Positions 12,978-25,362 of a DNA stretch of 64,000 bases are shown here, in pieces. The stretch is from contig NC_043008.1 in the NCBI RefSeq assembly GCF_006345805.1, forward strand, positions 62,620,001-62,684,000. The letters are read 5' to 3'. A model generated the notes under the pieces. That model was not told the DNA's origin. It did no database searches and saw nothing but the letters and a program-made list of their open reading frames with translations. How positions within the stretch are numbered: the first letter of the stretch is position 1; each line of letters opens with the position of its first letter. The translations under genes and the position numbers were made by a program. This stretch comes from Octopus sinensis. Taxonomy: Eukaryota.

Positions 12978-13559
12978 ATTTTACGAGCAGTTAAATATGA
13001 GATTGGTGAGGTGTCTATATTTTCTGAGGTGTCAATGATTTAAAAGATAAGTGGACTGAGACAGAGTATCAGCTGTATAGAAAAGAAAGTTATTAGAAGT
13101 AACAAGATTATTAATCTACAGAAGGAAGAATCCAGTACCTAACTCAGCTTTATAGGATAAAATAAAGTCAGTTGCATACAGTTTGGGTAGATATCTATTT
13201 ACTCTTGGAAACCTTTCATTTACTATTCAATCATTCCCAAGAAAGATGAGGTAATTCTATCAGAATCTTGTTATAAAACATAGGCCTAGTTATTTCCAAA
13301 TTAGGAGATTTGGAGGATTTTATCATGTTTTATATTCTTTGTATATTTGTCTTTGTCTACCTCAACAGTCTTGGTAGCAATCCTGCTTTTTGGTTTTTCA
13401 GCTAAATCATTAACTAGATGAAGTTTTTGTCACAAAATCCCTCAGATTATTTATATGATTATAAGTTCTTTTCTAACACATCACATCAGAATATGCGTTT
13501 GGAAAATGGATTCTGATATCATCTTTTTGTTCGGCAACGGTTTAAACTTGTATGTGCTA

Positions 13560-13657
13560 ATATACATACATGCAGAAATACATACATACATACACAATAC
13601 ATACATAGATACATACATACATACATACATCCGTACATACATACGTACATACATACA

Positions 13658-13715
<58 letters not shown>

Positions 13716-13755
13716 TATATAAATATATATATATACATATATATGTATGTGTATG
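13560..13755. repeat. (TACA)n/(TA)n compound microsatellite
   Basis: Read directly. Confidence 0.95.
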
Positions 13756-14984
13756 CATCTACACATTTATAAACAAAATATATACACTCAACACATTTTG
13801 TGTTTGGTTTGGATCTAATGAGATAATATAGTATTCAGTTATTTCAAATGTGTTCCTAGGAAAATATTGCTGATTGATGCAACAAATTGCTGTACAAAAC
13901 TATTTAAATATTTATTCAATACCTTAATGTAATTTAGAATCCATTCACCCATTCCCTCCCTCTAATGGTTGAAGAACTTTTATATTTTCTTTTGCAAATG
14001 CTTGGTTTCATTTTCAAATGAAATTTTGTTTACATTTTTTTCGCTGTGTTCAGATAAGAATTTTCTTTTCATACTCTATTCACGTGATTGTTTTCCAAAT
14101 CTATTTGTCATCAATATATCTTTGTAGGGTTTAAAGTTGAAATTTAATTTTATAAAGATTTGAAAGGATTTTTGTAAATTTACATTTTCATTATTGAAAT
14201 AACGTGAATCGTTGGAAAGAGGGGTGGGGTAAAATATCATCCATCAACTTATGAGGTTTATTTTTGTAAAAGTGTATAGATCATTATGGATTTGACAAAT
14301 ATTTACTACAGAAAACAGGGAGCAGAGTAAATAATTATATATTTATTTAATTTCCAGGATTTTCTAAATTTAGAACTTTTTTACTTTTTACTTTTTTCTC
14401 TTAGCAATTTAATCTTTAGCACAAACATTTATTTATTCTCTCATTCAAGGAAGAACATTACTATCACTTTGAAAATTTTGCTGAACATATAAAAGACTTA
14501 AATTGTTATTTTGGTATTAATGCTTCTTATTTATATATTATTCACAACAAATTATTCATGTGAAAATTTATTAAAATGTATTATTTAATATGATTTTTAT
14601 ACACATTTGCTGATTTGCATTGAGAGGCTTCCTTTTAACCTTTTTTTGAAGTACTGATATATTGTATTTCTTGAAGGTTATCTAAGGTCAACATTTGTCT
14701 ATGCCTCATTTCAGAAGGCTTTTCAATTCCATAAAGTATTTCAGTTTTGTATTTTCCAGTTTATTTGTTGGTAACACAGACCCTCAATACTTTACTGATC
14801 ATAGCACCAATCCTACGAATTCCTTGTGCATACATTTTATAAATAATTTTGGTTCTACATATTATTTGTTATTAATGCTCATTACAATAAAATTTTTTTT
14901 TGATATTTGCATTTTCTTAAAAAGTCCTGCAGTATATAAACTGACCATAGACCTGTGAGTGGATTTATCAGTGTGTGCATGCAA

Positions 14985-15195
14985 ATATCTGAAAGAGAGA
15001 GAGAGTGTGTGTGTTTGTGCGTGCACGTGCATGTGTGTGTGTTTCTGCACATGTGTGCGTGTGGAGGTTGTGTTTGTGTAGTGTGTTGTGTTTGTGTGTA
15101 TATTGTGCTTGTACATGTGCATGTGTCTGTTTCTATGTGTGCATTTGTGTGTGTACATCTATATCTCTCTCTGTGAGTGTGTGTATGTGTGTGCA
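14985..15195. repeat. Degenerate (GA)n(GT)n microsatellite
   Basis: Read directly. Confidence 0.9.
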
Positions 15196-15464
15196 AGCAC
15201 TAGTTTGTGTCTTGGCAAATTATGAGGGTGACTGACAAGAAGGCCTTCAAGGCCAGGGTAAATCTTACCTCTATGAATTTTGCTTAACACCTGCAAACTT
15301 GAAAAGATGGACATTAAAATAATAATGCTAATGACAAAATCAATGATTATGCTGAAACTAAGGTTTACTCTAAAAGGGTGTATCAATAAAAAATATTGAA
15401 CTTTTGGAAAAGCAATCAATTTTCACCAATTATTCAGTTGACACCTATTTTAACTATATTCAGT

Positions 15465-15721
15465 TTTATCTTTTATCTTTGAATTCAGTCATTTGACTGC
15501 ACCCATGCAGGGGCACCACATTAAAGGGATTCAGTTGATCAAATCAACTCCAGGACTTTTTTTTTTTATAAACCTTGTACTTATTATATTGGTTTCTTTT
15601 CCTGAACTGCTAAGTTACAGGGACATAAACACACCAACACCATTTGTCAAGCAATCGTGGAGGAAAAACACAGGCACAAAGACACAAACACACACACACA
15701 CACACACCACACACACACACG

Positions 15722-15753
<32 letters not shown>
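15465..15753 (-). mobile_element. Older SINE family A, 3' half, ending at its internal (CA)n(TA)n
   Basis: CAGTCATTTGACTGC...GAACTGCTAAGTTACAGGGACATAAACACACC matches family A in reverse. Confidence 0.75.
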
Positions 15754-15754
<1 letters not shown>

Positions 15755-16095
15755 GAGGGGTTACCAAAAAGAAACTGGAATTTTGCAATATATTTTTATT
15801 CACTTAGTTTTACATGTTTACACTTTTATCACTTTCAAAATATTCTCCATTTGAAACAATGCATTGGTCCAGATGCGTTTTCCCCTCTTTGAAGCAGTGC
15901 TGGATCTCTTTTAAAACGATGCCTTTTAATGCCTCCATCATTTTTTGCTTCAACACTTCCACATCTGCAAATTCCGTAGCATCAGCTTTTGTCACAAGAG
16001 ATGACCTTTGAAAAAAGGTCTGGATCAACTTCCAACTCTTCTTTCAGTTCACAACGTGCCTTCAGTTGTGACTGCTTTTTATCTTCCATGATAAT
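15754..16095 (-). mobile_element. Internally deleted mariner fragment (one TIR plus transposase pieces)
   Basis: TA then TGAGGGGTTACCAAAAAGAAACTGGAA. Minus-strand peptides CELKEELEVDPDLFSKVISCD and FADVEVLKQK..QHCFKEGKTHLDQCIVSNGEYFE match the mariner ITGDE region and C-terminus. Confidence 0.8.
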
Positions 16096-16129
16096 TTGTG
16101 ATAAATATCTGGTCTGTAAGTGGTGACAT

Positions 16130-16565
16130 TTATTTGTAATCTCTTGAGAAAACATGGTTGTGTGGTAAGAAGGTTGTTTTGTGACCACATGGTTCTGGGT
16201 TCAATCCTAATGTATGATACCTTGGGTAAATGCTTTCTTCTACAACCTTGGGCCAACCAAAGCTTTGTGAGTGAATTTCATAGACAGAAACTGAAAGAAG
16301 CTCATCGTGTACACGTGTGTGTGTGTGTGTGTGTGTGTATCTTTTTGCTTGTGTTTATCCCCCACCACTACTTAACGACTGGTGTTGGTGTATTTATGTT
16401 CCTGTAACTTAGTGGCTCAGCAAAAGAGGCTGATAAAATAAGCACCAGGCTTAAAAAAAGTTAATAAGTACTGAGATCAATTAGTTTGACTAAAATTCCT
16501 CAAGGTGTCACCCCAGAATGGCCCTGCTCTAATGAATGAAACAAGTAAAAAATGAAATATAAAAG
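16130..16565 (+). mobile_element. Older SINE family A copy
   Basis: Diverged but collinear with family A (CCTTGGGTAAATG, GAAACTGAAAGAAGC, (TG)n, AACTTAGTGGCTCAGCAAAAGAG). Confidence 0.75.
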
Positions 16566-16696
16566 AGAATTCTAGGTAAAAATATTGCTTTGTCTGGAAG
16601 CTGGTGAGGGTTGACGGCAGGAAGAGCATCTGGCCATCGAAAATCTGCTCCACCAAATCTCATCTGACCCATGCAATCATGAAAAAGTAGACAGTA

Positions 16697-17088
16697 GGTG
16701 CAAGAGTGGCCGTGTGGTAAGTAGCTTGCTTACCAACCACATGGTTCCAGGTTCAGTCCCACTGCATGGCACCTTGGGCAAGTGTCTTCTACAATAACCA
16801 CAGGCTGACCAAAGCTTTGTGAGTGGATTTGGTAGACAGAAATTGAAAGAAGCCCGTCATTTATGTGTATATGTATATACTAGTGTGTCTGTGTTTGTCT
16901 CCCCAACGTTGCTTGACAACCAATGCTGGTGTGTTTACATCCCCGTAACTTAGTGATTTGGCAAAAGAGAACGATAGAATAAGTACTAGGCTTCCAAAGA
17001 ATAAGTCTTGGGGTCGATTTGCTCAACTAAAGGGGGTGCTCCAGCATGGCCACAGTCAGATGACCGAAACAAGTAAAAGAGTAAAAGA
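16697..17088 (+). mobile_element. SINE family A, full length
   Basis: GGTGCAAGAGTGGCCGTGTGGTAAG head to AAGTAAAAGAGTAAAAGA tail. Confidence 0.9.
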
Positions 17089-17414
17089 TTAGAACACTCT
17101 CCATAATGGTGTTAATGACATTAAGTTCTGTTTATTAAAATGTATTTATTTATTAATTCATAAAACAATATACGGATAAAAATCATTATGCTACAAAAAT
17201 TTATTGGCAATTAATACACTAAATTAATAATAATTTACATATGTATATAATTATATCAAAGGAGACAAGGAGAAAGAAGAGTTTTTGGTAATTTTTTTGA
17301 AGGTATCAGCACATCAAGCATGCTACAGATAGGTTGTTTTCGCCATATCCCCCTTGATATAATTAAAAATGTATTTATCAAATTTTGTTCCTTAACAGCT
17401 GAGTAACTATGAAA

Positions 17415-18267
17415 TCTCTGTAGCTATAAATGGTAAAATGTCTGTGTATCTGTGTGTCTGTGGGTCTGTGTATTCTTTATACAAATCCAGTTTTTCACAT
17501 AAAAGGCTTGCATTTTTTATGGGCTTTCAAAACTGTCTGAGGGTGGTCATGATGATCTTTTTTTTTCCCCCGTCACCCCAGAATGCCATTAAAAAATCGA
17601 TAAACTGACCCCTTATGCCCATAAGTTATGGGCCTATCCATTCAAAATCGCATTTTTTATGGGCTTTCAAAACTGTCTGAGGGTAGTCATGATGATCTTT
17701 TCATTTCCCCAGTCACCCCAGAAAGCCATTACAAAAATCGATAAACTGACCCCTTATGCCCATAAGTTATGGGCCTACCATTCAAAATCGCATTTTCTAT
17801 GGGCTTTCAAAACTGTCTGAGGGTGGCCATGAAGATCTTTTCATCTCCCCAGTCACCCCAGAAAGCCATTAAAAAAATCAATAAACCGACCCCTTATGCC
17901 TATAAGTTATGGGCATGTCCATTCAAAATCGCTAAAACATAGTAATTTGTACACACTGAGTGCATACAGTTAGATACGCCAATAGACTGTGAGCTGTTTT
18001 TTGATTGGATGGAGATAATTTTACCCTTGACAGTTGAATGCGCATGTGCATTTGCAGATAGTCTGTATGGCTCAGCACATTTTTGGGTTTTGCGAAGATG
18101 CATTATCATGTGTTCTGGCTTTCAAGTGTGCATGCTTTTTTGATTTGAGAAATGCAGAGAATAATTAATGAGTTAGACCAAGTGAATGACAAGAGAGCGG
18201 GCTTTTCATGAAAGACCAAATATGCTTGACTAGCACTAGACCCGGCAATGCTGGTTCATAGTGCTAG
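17415..18267 (+). mobile_element. Non-autonomous Helitron
   Basis: A|TC start followed by TATAAAT and (TGTC)-type repeats. Ends in hairpin CCCGGCAATGCTGG then CTAG|T (18264-18268). No TSD. Confidence 0.7.
17510..17931. repeat. Tandem repeat, 3 x ~140 bp, inside the Helitron
   Basis: GCATTTT..ATGGGCTTTCAAAACTGTCTGAGGG...GCCCATAAGTTATGGGC..CCATTCAAAATC recurs at about 17510, 17650 and 17790. Confidence 0.95.
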
Positions 18268-18500
18268 TATTAAATAAATCATAAAGGAAGTATTCAAAAG
18301 TTGTTTAGCCTGAGCTCATCTCTTATCTGACAGAACTAATCCTTGATCAAAGGTATTCAGGGATGACCATGCTGTTATTTTTGCAGGTAGTAATCATCTA
18401 AGAGGATGCTATCCGATGTATACTCTTTCTCTTTCAAAACTGGTAGGGTGTAATTTGATAGAAATCTGATTAATATTTTTAACAGTTCAAGAAAGTAGTA

Positions 18501-19024
18501 ATAAATAAAAAAATAAATGCGCCCTTTTAAAGCCTAGCCAGGCTCATGGGCCTGGTTTCCCGGTTTCAATGGCATATGTGTTCCCCAGCTGGACGGGATG
18601 CCTGTCCGTCACAGCGTTACTCATTTTTGCCAGCTGAGTGGACTGGAGCAACGTGAAATGAAGTATTTTGTTCAAGAATACAATGCATCGCCCGGTTCAG
18701 GAATCGAAACCACAATCTTATGATCATCATGCTGACACCCTGACCACTAAGCCACGTTCCTCCACAAAATAGTAAATGCGCCCTTTTATAGCCTAGCCAG
18801 GCTCATGGGCCTGGTTTCCTGGTTTCTATAGCGTATGTGTTCCCCAGCTGGATGGGATGCCAGTCCATTGCAGCATTACTCATTTTTGCCAGCTGAGTGA
18901 ACTGGAGCAATGTGAAATGAAGTGTTTTGCTCAAGAACACAATGCATTGCCCGGTCCAGGAGTCGAAACCCCAATCTTATGATTATGATGGTCAGCATCA
19001 TGATCGTAAGCCACGTGCCTCCAC
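18501..19024 (-). mobile_element. Two tandem B-type SINE copies
   Basis: Copies at about 18515-18765 and 18773-19024, with tRNA-like heads and the GATGGACTGGCRTCCCRTCCAGCTGGGG module. One 14-bp TSD TCAAGWAAGTAGTA at 18487-18500 and 19025-19038. Confidence 0.85.
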
Positions 19025-19293
19025 TCAAGTAAGTAGTACTTTATCATAAACTTTGGCAACAAGCAAAGTAATACCAGTGGTATTATCCAGAGAAGTAGCT
19101 AACCACTGATTAAACTTCACAATTACATGTAGAACTGGGGTTCTCAACTATCTTTTATCTATGGAACCCTTTGATTGCTATTTTATTTTGGTGGACCCTC
19201 ATAGCCTTTCAATGTTTAAAAGCGAGTTTTATAGAAGCTTCTTTCAAAATTCCAATTTTGCTTTTCACTCATTAACTTGTATAGGTTGAACTA

Positions 19294-19887
19294 TGATGGG
19301 GTGCTGAAATGTTCCTGGTTTTAAAGTTATTGCAAAAGGCTTGGCTGGAGGCTGAACCTTCTGAGTTTTTTTACAGGGCTTAGAAAAACTGAAAGACTGC
19401 TGCAGTACATGTGTGAATATGAGAGGGAAATGTGTTAAATAAAATCATATTTAACTAGGAGTGGCTGTGTGGTAAGTAGCTTGCTTACCTACCATATGGT
19501 CCCAGGTTCAGTTCTACTCCTTGGTACTTTGGGAAAGTGTCTTCTACAATAGCTTCGGGCCGACCAAAGCCTTGAGAGTGGATTTGGTAGACAGAAACTG
19601 GAAGAAGCCCATCGTGTATGTATATATATATATATGTATGTATGTGTGTGTGTGTGTGTATATGTTTGTGTGTCTGTTTATGTCCCCGTAACTTAGCTGT
19701 TCGGCAAAAGAGGCTGATAGAATAAGTACTAGGGTTACAAAGAATTTGTCCCGGGGCCAATTTGCTCGACTAAAGGCGGTGCTCTTGCATGGCCACAGTC
19801 AAGTGACTGAAACAAGAAAAAGAGTAAAAGAGTAACCCTCCCATATTTTCTTTTACCCAATGCAACGAACTTTGCAGCTCACCTTAA
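19294..19887 (+). mobile_element. Mariner-derived MITE interrupted by SINE A
   Basis: TA|TGATGGGGTGCTGAAATGTTCCTGG ... GCAACGAACTTTGCAGCTCACCTTAA|TA are degenerate TIRs. Internal GLEKLKDCCSTCVNMRGKCVK* resembles the mariner C-terminus. Confidence 0.65.
19457..19835 (+). mobile_element. SINE family A
   Basis: AGGAGTGGCTGTGTGGTAAG head to AAGAGTAAAAGAGTAA tail, with a short internal deletion. Confidence 0.9.
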
Positions 19888-20419
19888 TATATAAAGTTTT
19901 TGAAGAAAGAAACCCTAGCAGTTTTTTGCAATACGTACCAATACATATATCTAAAGCAAATATTTTTTCAGAGGCCCTTAAAACACCGTTATTGATCCTC
20001 AACTTGATATTTTGTTGTGTGGAACAAACTTGAGTGAAAGATATGGTTTTGCTTTGAAACACTATCAGAACTGGCATAATTACACTTAATATGCTTTTGA
20101 TTTCAGAACAGAAATGATAATGCTTCCATTAAATTTTGATCAACATCGATGAAATTTAAAGGTCGCTTACTAAATAGATTAAAACTACATAAAATATTTA
20201 AATTCCCCATGAATTTACATTAATTTAGCATTATAGAAATTTGAGACTAGTTCTAATTTCACATTTGAAATGAATCTATAATATATCACTTGTTTTAAAA
20301 ATATTTCCTGTTGCATGAATTAAGTGAAAGTTATTACAGCAGTAGGTGAATTTGTTACGAAATGATTAATTGACCAAATTATAATTATTTGCTCAATACA
20401 TTTGTATTATTTATTTCTG

Positions 20420-20650
20420 TTCTGGACAATGAATTGGCAGAATTGATAGGATGTCTGAAAAACTGCCTGATGGTATTTGGTTTGACTCTTTACATTCTGA
20501 GTTCAAACCCTGATGAGGTCAACTTTGTCTTTCATGTCTATGGAGTTAATAATATAAAATACCAGCCAAGCACTGAGGCTGATGTCATCAACTACCTCAC
20601 CCCACTTCTTTCTCTAAAATTTGCTGTTTATGAGCCAAAATTTAGAAGTA
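20420..20650 (+). mobile_element. Old SINE family C copy
   Basis: TGAATTGGCAGAATTG...ACATTCTGAGTTCAAA...GAGGTCAACTTTGTCTTTCAT...CCAAAATTTAGAA. Confidence 0.7.
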
Positions 20651-20677
20651 TATTTATGTTTATATTTCTGTTCTATG

Positions 20678-20994
20678 TAGAGGCGCAATGGCCCAGTGGT
20701 TAGGGCAGCAAACTCGCAGTCAGAGGATCGCGGTTTCGATTCTTGGACCGGGTGTTGTGTGTGTTTATTGAGCAAAAACACCTAAAAGCTCAATGAAACT
20801 CCGGCAGGGGGTGACCCCTGTTGTACGCTTTCACCCCAACTTTCTCTCACTCTCTCTTCTTATTTCTTGAGTAACGCTGTGATGGACTGGCATTCCGTCC
20901 AACTGGGGGGGAACACATACGCCATAGAAATCAGAAAACCGGGCCCATGAGCCTGGCTAGGCTTGAGAAGGGCACATAAATAAAATACAAAATG
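20678..20994 (+). mobile_element. SINE family B (tRNA-like head), full length
   Basis: GGCGCAATGGCCCAGTGGTTAGGGC...GGTTTCGATTC head. 14-bp TSD ATTTCTGTTCTATG at 20664-20677 and 20995-21008. Confidence 0.9.
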
Positions 20995-21551
20995 ATTTCT
21001 GTTCTATGCCATGTGTTGCACTTAGGCACAGCCTTAGATGATGTCAGTAGTACTTCAGTTTTACCACAACCGTTTTCTATATCAGGAGAAAGGGGTGCTA
21101 TCAGAGGTTAACTATGACCTTTATCATTGTGTTGACACACAAAGGATGATAGTCAAAATTGGCCTCAGCAGGACTTGATATCAGAGTACAGGAGAGAGAG
21201 AATAAGCACTGTAAAACACTGTATTTGTTGCTCTTATGATTCTGTCTCCTCATCCATTAATTGTCTTGCTATTCCCTTTAATTGCTTTTTGATATACCTT
21301 ACAAGGAATAAGAAGAACAGTCTTCTCTCTTCATTATTAAGTGAGCCATTGAGAGAAATTGATTAATTATGTTAAAAAACATCACACAATTTCAGTACAT
21401 ATTCATTTTAGAACTTAAAACTCAGGCAATTTAAAAACAAATTTGTAAATATTTTTGGTTAGTATTGCCACAATATATATTTTCTTGAAATACATATGTT
21501 TGTAGTCATACTTTTCCATTTTCGATATATTATATTTGTGATAAATTAAGG

Positions 21552-21740
21552 AGATGAGCTGGTAGAAATGTTAGCAAATGCTTTTCACCTGTCTTTACAT
21601 TCTGAGTTAAAATGCTAACAAAGTGGACTTTGCTTCTCATCCTTTTGAGGTCGATAAAATAAGTACCAGTAGAGTACTGGGGGTCAATGTAATCAACTAA
21701 CACCCTACTATGAACTTGTGCCAAAAATTGAAATCAATAT
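21552..21740 (+). mobile_element. Old SINE family C copy
   Basis: TGAGCTGGTAGAAATGTTAGCA...CTTCTCATCCTTTTGAGGTCGATAAAATAAGTACCAG...GTGCCAAAAATTGAAA. Confidence 0.75.
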
Positions 21741-21904
21741 ATATATGTGATAGATTACAAGACAATGATCCTTCCAGAGTAGAAACACACATGGCATAGA
21801 CCTGACACAAGTATAGTTGTGATGTAAAGAAGTTCTCTTCCCATTCATATGATTTTGGGTTCAGCTCCACTGTGTGGCAGTTTGGGCTGGTGTATTCCAA
21901 TATA

Positions 21905-22491
21905 TTGGGTTGTCCGAAAGTTCGTGCCATTTATAGTAGCTTACTTTGCGACTTATTTTGAGACATGCTTGCATCCATAAAATAGGATTTTACTACACCT
22001 CCATTTAGAGCACAGTTTAAGCTATCTTTGTGTGGAAGAAGGTTTATGTTCCTATAACCTGTGTTAATTTTGTAACCCTTTAATATGGAAGATAAGAAAG
22101 TTCATTTTCGGCACTTGATGCTTTTCTTTTTCCATAAAGGTAAAAATGCCTCACATGCAACCAAAGTAATATGCACAGTTTACAAAGTAATATGCACAGG
22201 TGATGTTTCTTTATCCGAAAGAACTGTACAGAAGTGGTTCACAAGGTTCTGAGCTGGAGATTGTATCCTTATTGATAAAGAATGATCAGGCAGACCATCC
22301 ACTACAGATGATGACCAAATCAAGTCATTAACTGAGAATAACCCACATTGCACAACCCGAGAATTGGTAGAAAACACCAACCTATCAAAATCCATCGTTC
22401 ATGTGCACCTGGTAAAACTTGGGTAATGGCTAGTATTTATTGACCTTTTTCTTTCCTTTAAAAATCAGCCCAAACTTTCCAGACAACCCGA
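21905..22491 (+). mobile_element. Internally deleted mariner (mellifera-like), inserted into an old SINE A
   Basis: TA TSDs at 21903-4 and 22492-3. TIRs TTGGGTTGTCCGAAAGTTCGTGCCATTT and (reverse complement) TCGGGTTGTCTGGAAAGTTTGGGCTGATTT. SINE A sequence continues across the insertion (21800-21902, 22494-22560). Confidence 0.9.
22085..22426 (+). pseudogene. Mariner transposase N-terminal DNA-binding (HTH) region, disrupted
   Basis: MEDKKVHFRHLMLFFFHKGKNASHATKVICTVY, then after a short duplication GDVSLSERTVQKWFTRF*AGD..E*SGRPSTTDDDQIKSL..PHCTTREL. The catalytic domain is absent. Confidence 0.85.
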
Positions 22492-22786
22492 TAATTCCGA
22501 GTAAACCAAAGCCTTGTAAGTGGATTTGGTAGATGAAAACAAAAAGAAACTTGTCGAATGTGTAAGCATATGTCTATATGTATGGATATGTTTGTAAGAG
22601 TGTGTGCCTCCACATCTAGTCATAGCAGTAACCATTATGCAACATGTTTTGTTCTTTCATGAGACATATTATCTTGCTTCAAAACAAGTGAGTGTTAGCA
22701 AAAGAAAGGGCAGGCAGCTGTTTGAAAATTTGCTACAATGAATTCCATTTGGACCATTAACATAAAGAAATATGGAGATCAAATTA

Positions 22787-23145
22787 ATCATCATCATCAT
22801 CATCATCATCATCGTTTAGCGTCCACTTTCCATGCTAGCATGGGTTGGACGATTTGACTGAGGACTGGCCAGCCAGTTGGCTGCACCAGGCTCCAATCTG
22901 ATCTGGCAGAGTTTCTACAGCTGGATGCCGTTCCTAACGCCAACCACTCTGAGAGTGTAGTGGGTGCTATTATGTGCCACCAGGCTGTACTGGCAACGGC
23001 CATGCTCAAATGGTGTTTTTTACGTGCCACCTGCACAGGAGCCAGTCCAGCAGCACTGGCAATGACCTTGCTCGAATGTTTTTCATGAGCCACTGGCACA
23101 AGTGCAAGTAAGGCGACGCTGGTAACGATCACGCTCAAATTGTCC
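22787..23145 (-). mobile_element. RTE-type 3' tail element with (GAT)n tail
   Basis: (CAT)n CGTTTAGCGTCCACTTTCCATGCTAGCATGGGTTGGACG...CAGCTGGATGCCGTTCCTAACGCC, plus GTGCCAC repeats. Confidence 0.8.
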
Positions 23146-25328
23146 TTTTTTTATGATTATGACAATTGATGAGAGTGACAATGATGAAGACAATTACAAT
23201 TGTAATTACAATTACAATGATGATGACAACTCCAATGATCACAACAACAGCAACAACGATGACAAGAGTGAAAACGAGGATAATGAAACAACTACAAAGT
23301 TAATTTCAATAATATTCTATGTTGCTCATTCAATGCAAAAGGAAATATTACAATATTATCTGCATCAGAGCTGCTGCTGTTTTTTTTTTTTACTCCAAAT
23401 CACCTTTAATTGATTATATCTGTTCATACCCTGATCATCCCTCATCGTTTTACTTCTTCTAAGACTATGTATTATTCAATAAGTCCTTTGTTTTTCATGA
23501 TATGGTGTAAATGGAAGGAAATTTTGGTATCATTTCTAGCCTGGCAATTAACAATGTTGAGGATTTTTTCTCAGAAATATTCCATCAATACACAAATTAT
23601 ATTTCATGTTTGTCATTAACATTATTTTTATCCTTTTAATGAATTCATTTTTATGATCATGTGAAAGTTCATATGCATGTCTGGACCATATATGTCACTT
23701 TAAAATCTATTCATTTATGGTAACATTGCATTAAGAGTGAATGGAAATTCACAAAATAGATATTGGTTAATTTTAATTCTAATTTTTGAAATTATTTCTT
23801 TTCATTAGTGGTTCAATTTTAATTGCTGCAAGTGACATTTTCTTTATTGAATTATCTCCTAGTGTGTCTTGTATTTTTTTTTTTTTTCACAAAATATATT
23901 CAAGTACTGATGGCTATAAAATCGATTTAAAAACAATATAGAATTGTTGGCATGGACAAATGATGTCTTTAAAATAAATATAAATGCTAAAATAATAGAA
24001 TATTGGCAGCTATGCCTGAGGCAATAAAAGATATAATCATCAATACATAGTTTTATACTTTTTCTTTTCTGTTGTAGGCATATCATTCCATCTTGTCATT
24101 GACATGGTGTAAAGTATTCAAATTGTTAATAATTTATATAAATATTAAAAAATGCAAACAGTATATATTTGCTTTTAATGTCATTTAAAAAGTTGAGGCA
24201 CACTTGTTTCATATATATTTGATGAAAAGAAGAGCTTTTATTTATATAATAAATGTAAAAGAGTTAACAATATTCTATAGTTTATATTGGTAAATAACAT
24301 TATGTACCATAGACATTTTGATTAAACTAGGAGTTTTGAGGCAGCTTTAGTAAATTTCAAAATCTGCAATTCAACAGAGGCATAGTAATACATGAAAATA
24401 ATTTTTAAAATTAAATTTTTCCGATATTTGAGACTTGAAAAAAAGAAACATTTTAAGATTGTTTAAGAAGGTAGTTCATAGATTTAAATTAAATTTTCAT
24501 CAAGTTGCTGTGACAACAGAAAGCAATAATGTAAAAATCACTTTAATTTGTTCATCAAAATTCATTATTACAGGAAAACTTGCATCATTGTTTCTGTTTC
24601 TTTTTAGATAGTTTCTTGACAAAAAGTTTAAATGTAATAATGTTTAGTTTTATATAAAATCAAATATTTATATGAAATTACTGGAGAATATTTATTTCCC
24701 AATCAAATTAGCTATTCACCTTTTCATTTTAAAGGAAAAAGTAATAAGACAAATATGGTTTTAAGAATAATGGTTTAGACAATGTTTTTGTTATTATTTT
24801 TGTAAAAATAAACAAAAACTGGGTCTTTCAGAAATGAAACAGTAAATGACAAATTGAAAATAATATTCTTGTGTTTCAATCAAAAATGTAAATGCATACA
24901 TTTTAATGAAAATTTCAAGCAAATATAGTATCTTTGCCATTTACACAAGTTTCATTATATATTGTTATCCTAAGACCAATTTGATAATCCTTGTACATGC
25001 AGAGCCCAGCCCCACATTCACTCTCTGTGTCCTGTCAAGCATTTACCCCCACATATTATCCCCTAACACTTATTGCTTCTTAATCTAAGGTATCATTATC
25101 CCCTGAGAACAGTGATGTCAAGTAATTGGGCATCACTACCACAAATATAACAACTTCCTCTTTAAGAACACGTGCATTTGAAAAGGTTTAATGAAAGCAG
25201 CTACACACCAGACAGAAACTTCTTCCAAAGAAAGGTTAATAACATCCTCATAAAAGATTCCATAATATTTTATTTTAAAAATTATCTTTACCCTTCAAAA
25301 ACTCCGTTAAGTAAAGCTCATAGACTTT

Positions 25329-25362
<34 letters not shown>

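Larger units (their letters stand above)
19135..19990. mobile_element. Probable hAT-type MITE, outer layer of a nest
   Basis: Starts CTGGGGTTCTCAAC (close to the hAT end CAGGGGTTCTCAAC) with GGAACCC/GGACCC subterminal motifs. The right end is degenerate. Confidence 0.45.

Noticed and set aside
13455-13772. Overlapping ORFs rich in YI/CV/HT here and at 14862-15235, 25620, 36003, 49048-49939 and 58107
   Set aside because: Microsatellite read-through.
17510-17931. Regular repeats as a possible CRISPR array (also 50843-51150 and 62140-62691)
   Set aside because: Contiguous tandem units with no unique spacers, no cas genes, and a eukaryotic transposon context.
20678-20750. tRNA-like sequences at SINE heads
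   Set aside because: They have A/B boxes but no proper acceptor stem, and continue into SINE bodies with TSDs, so they are not tRNA genes.
23153-23413. 86-aa D/N-rich ORF
   Set aside because: Degenerate (GAT/AAC)n low-complexity tract.
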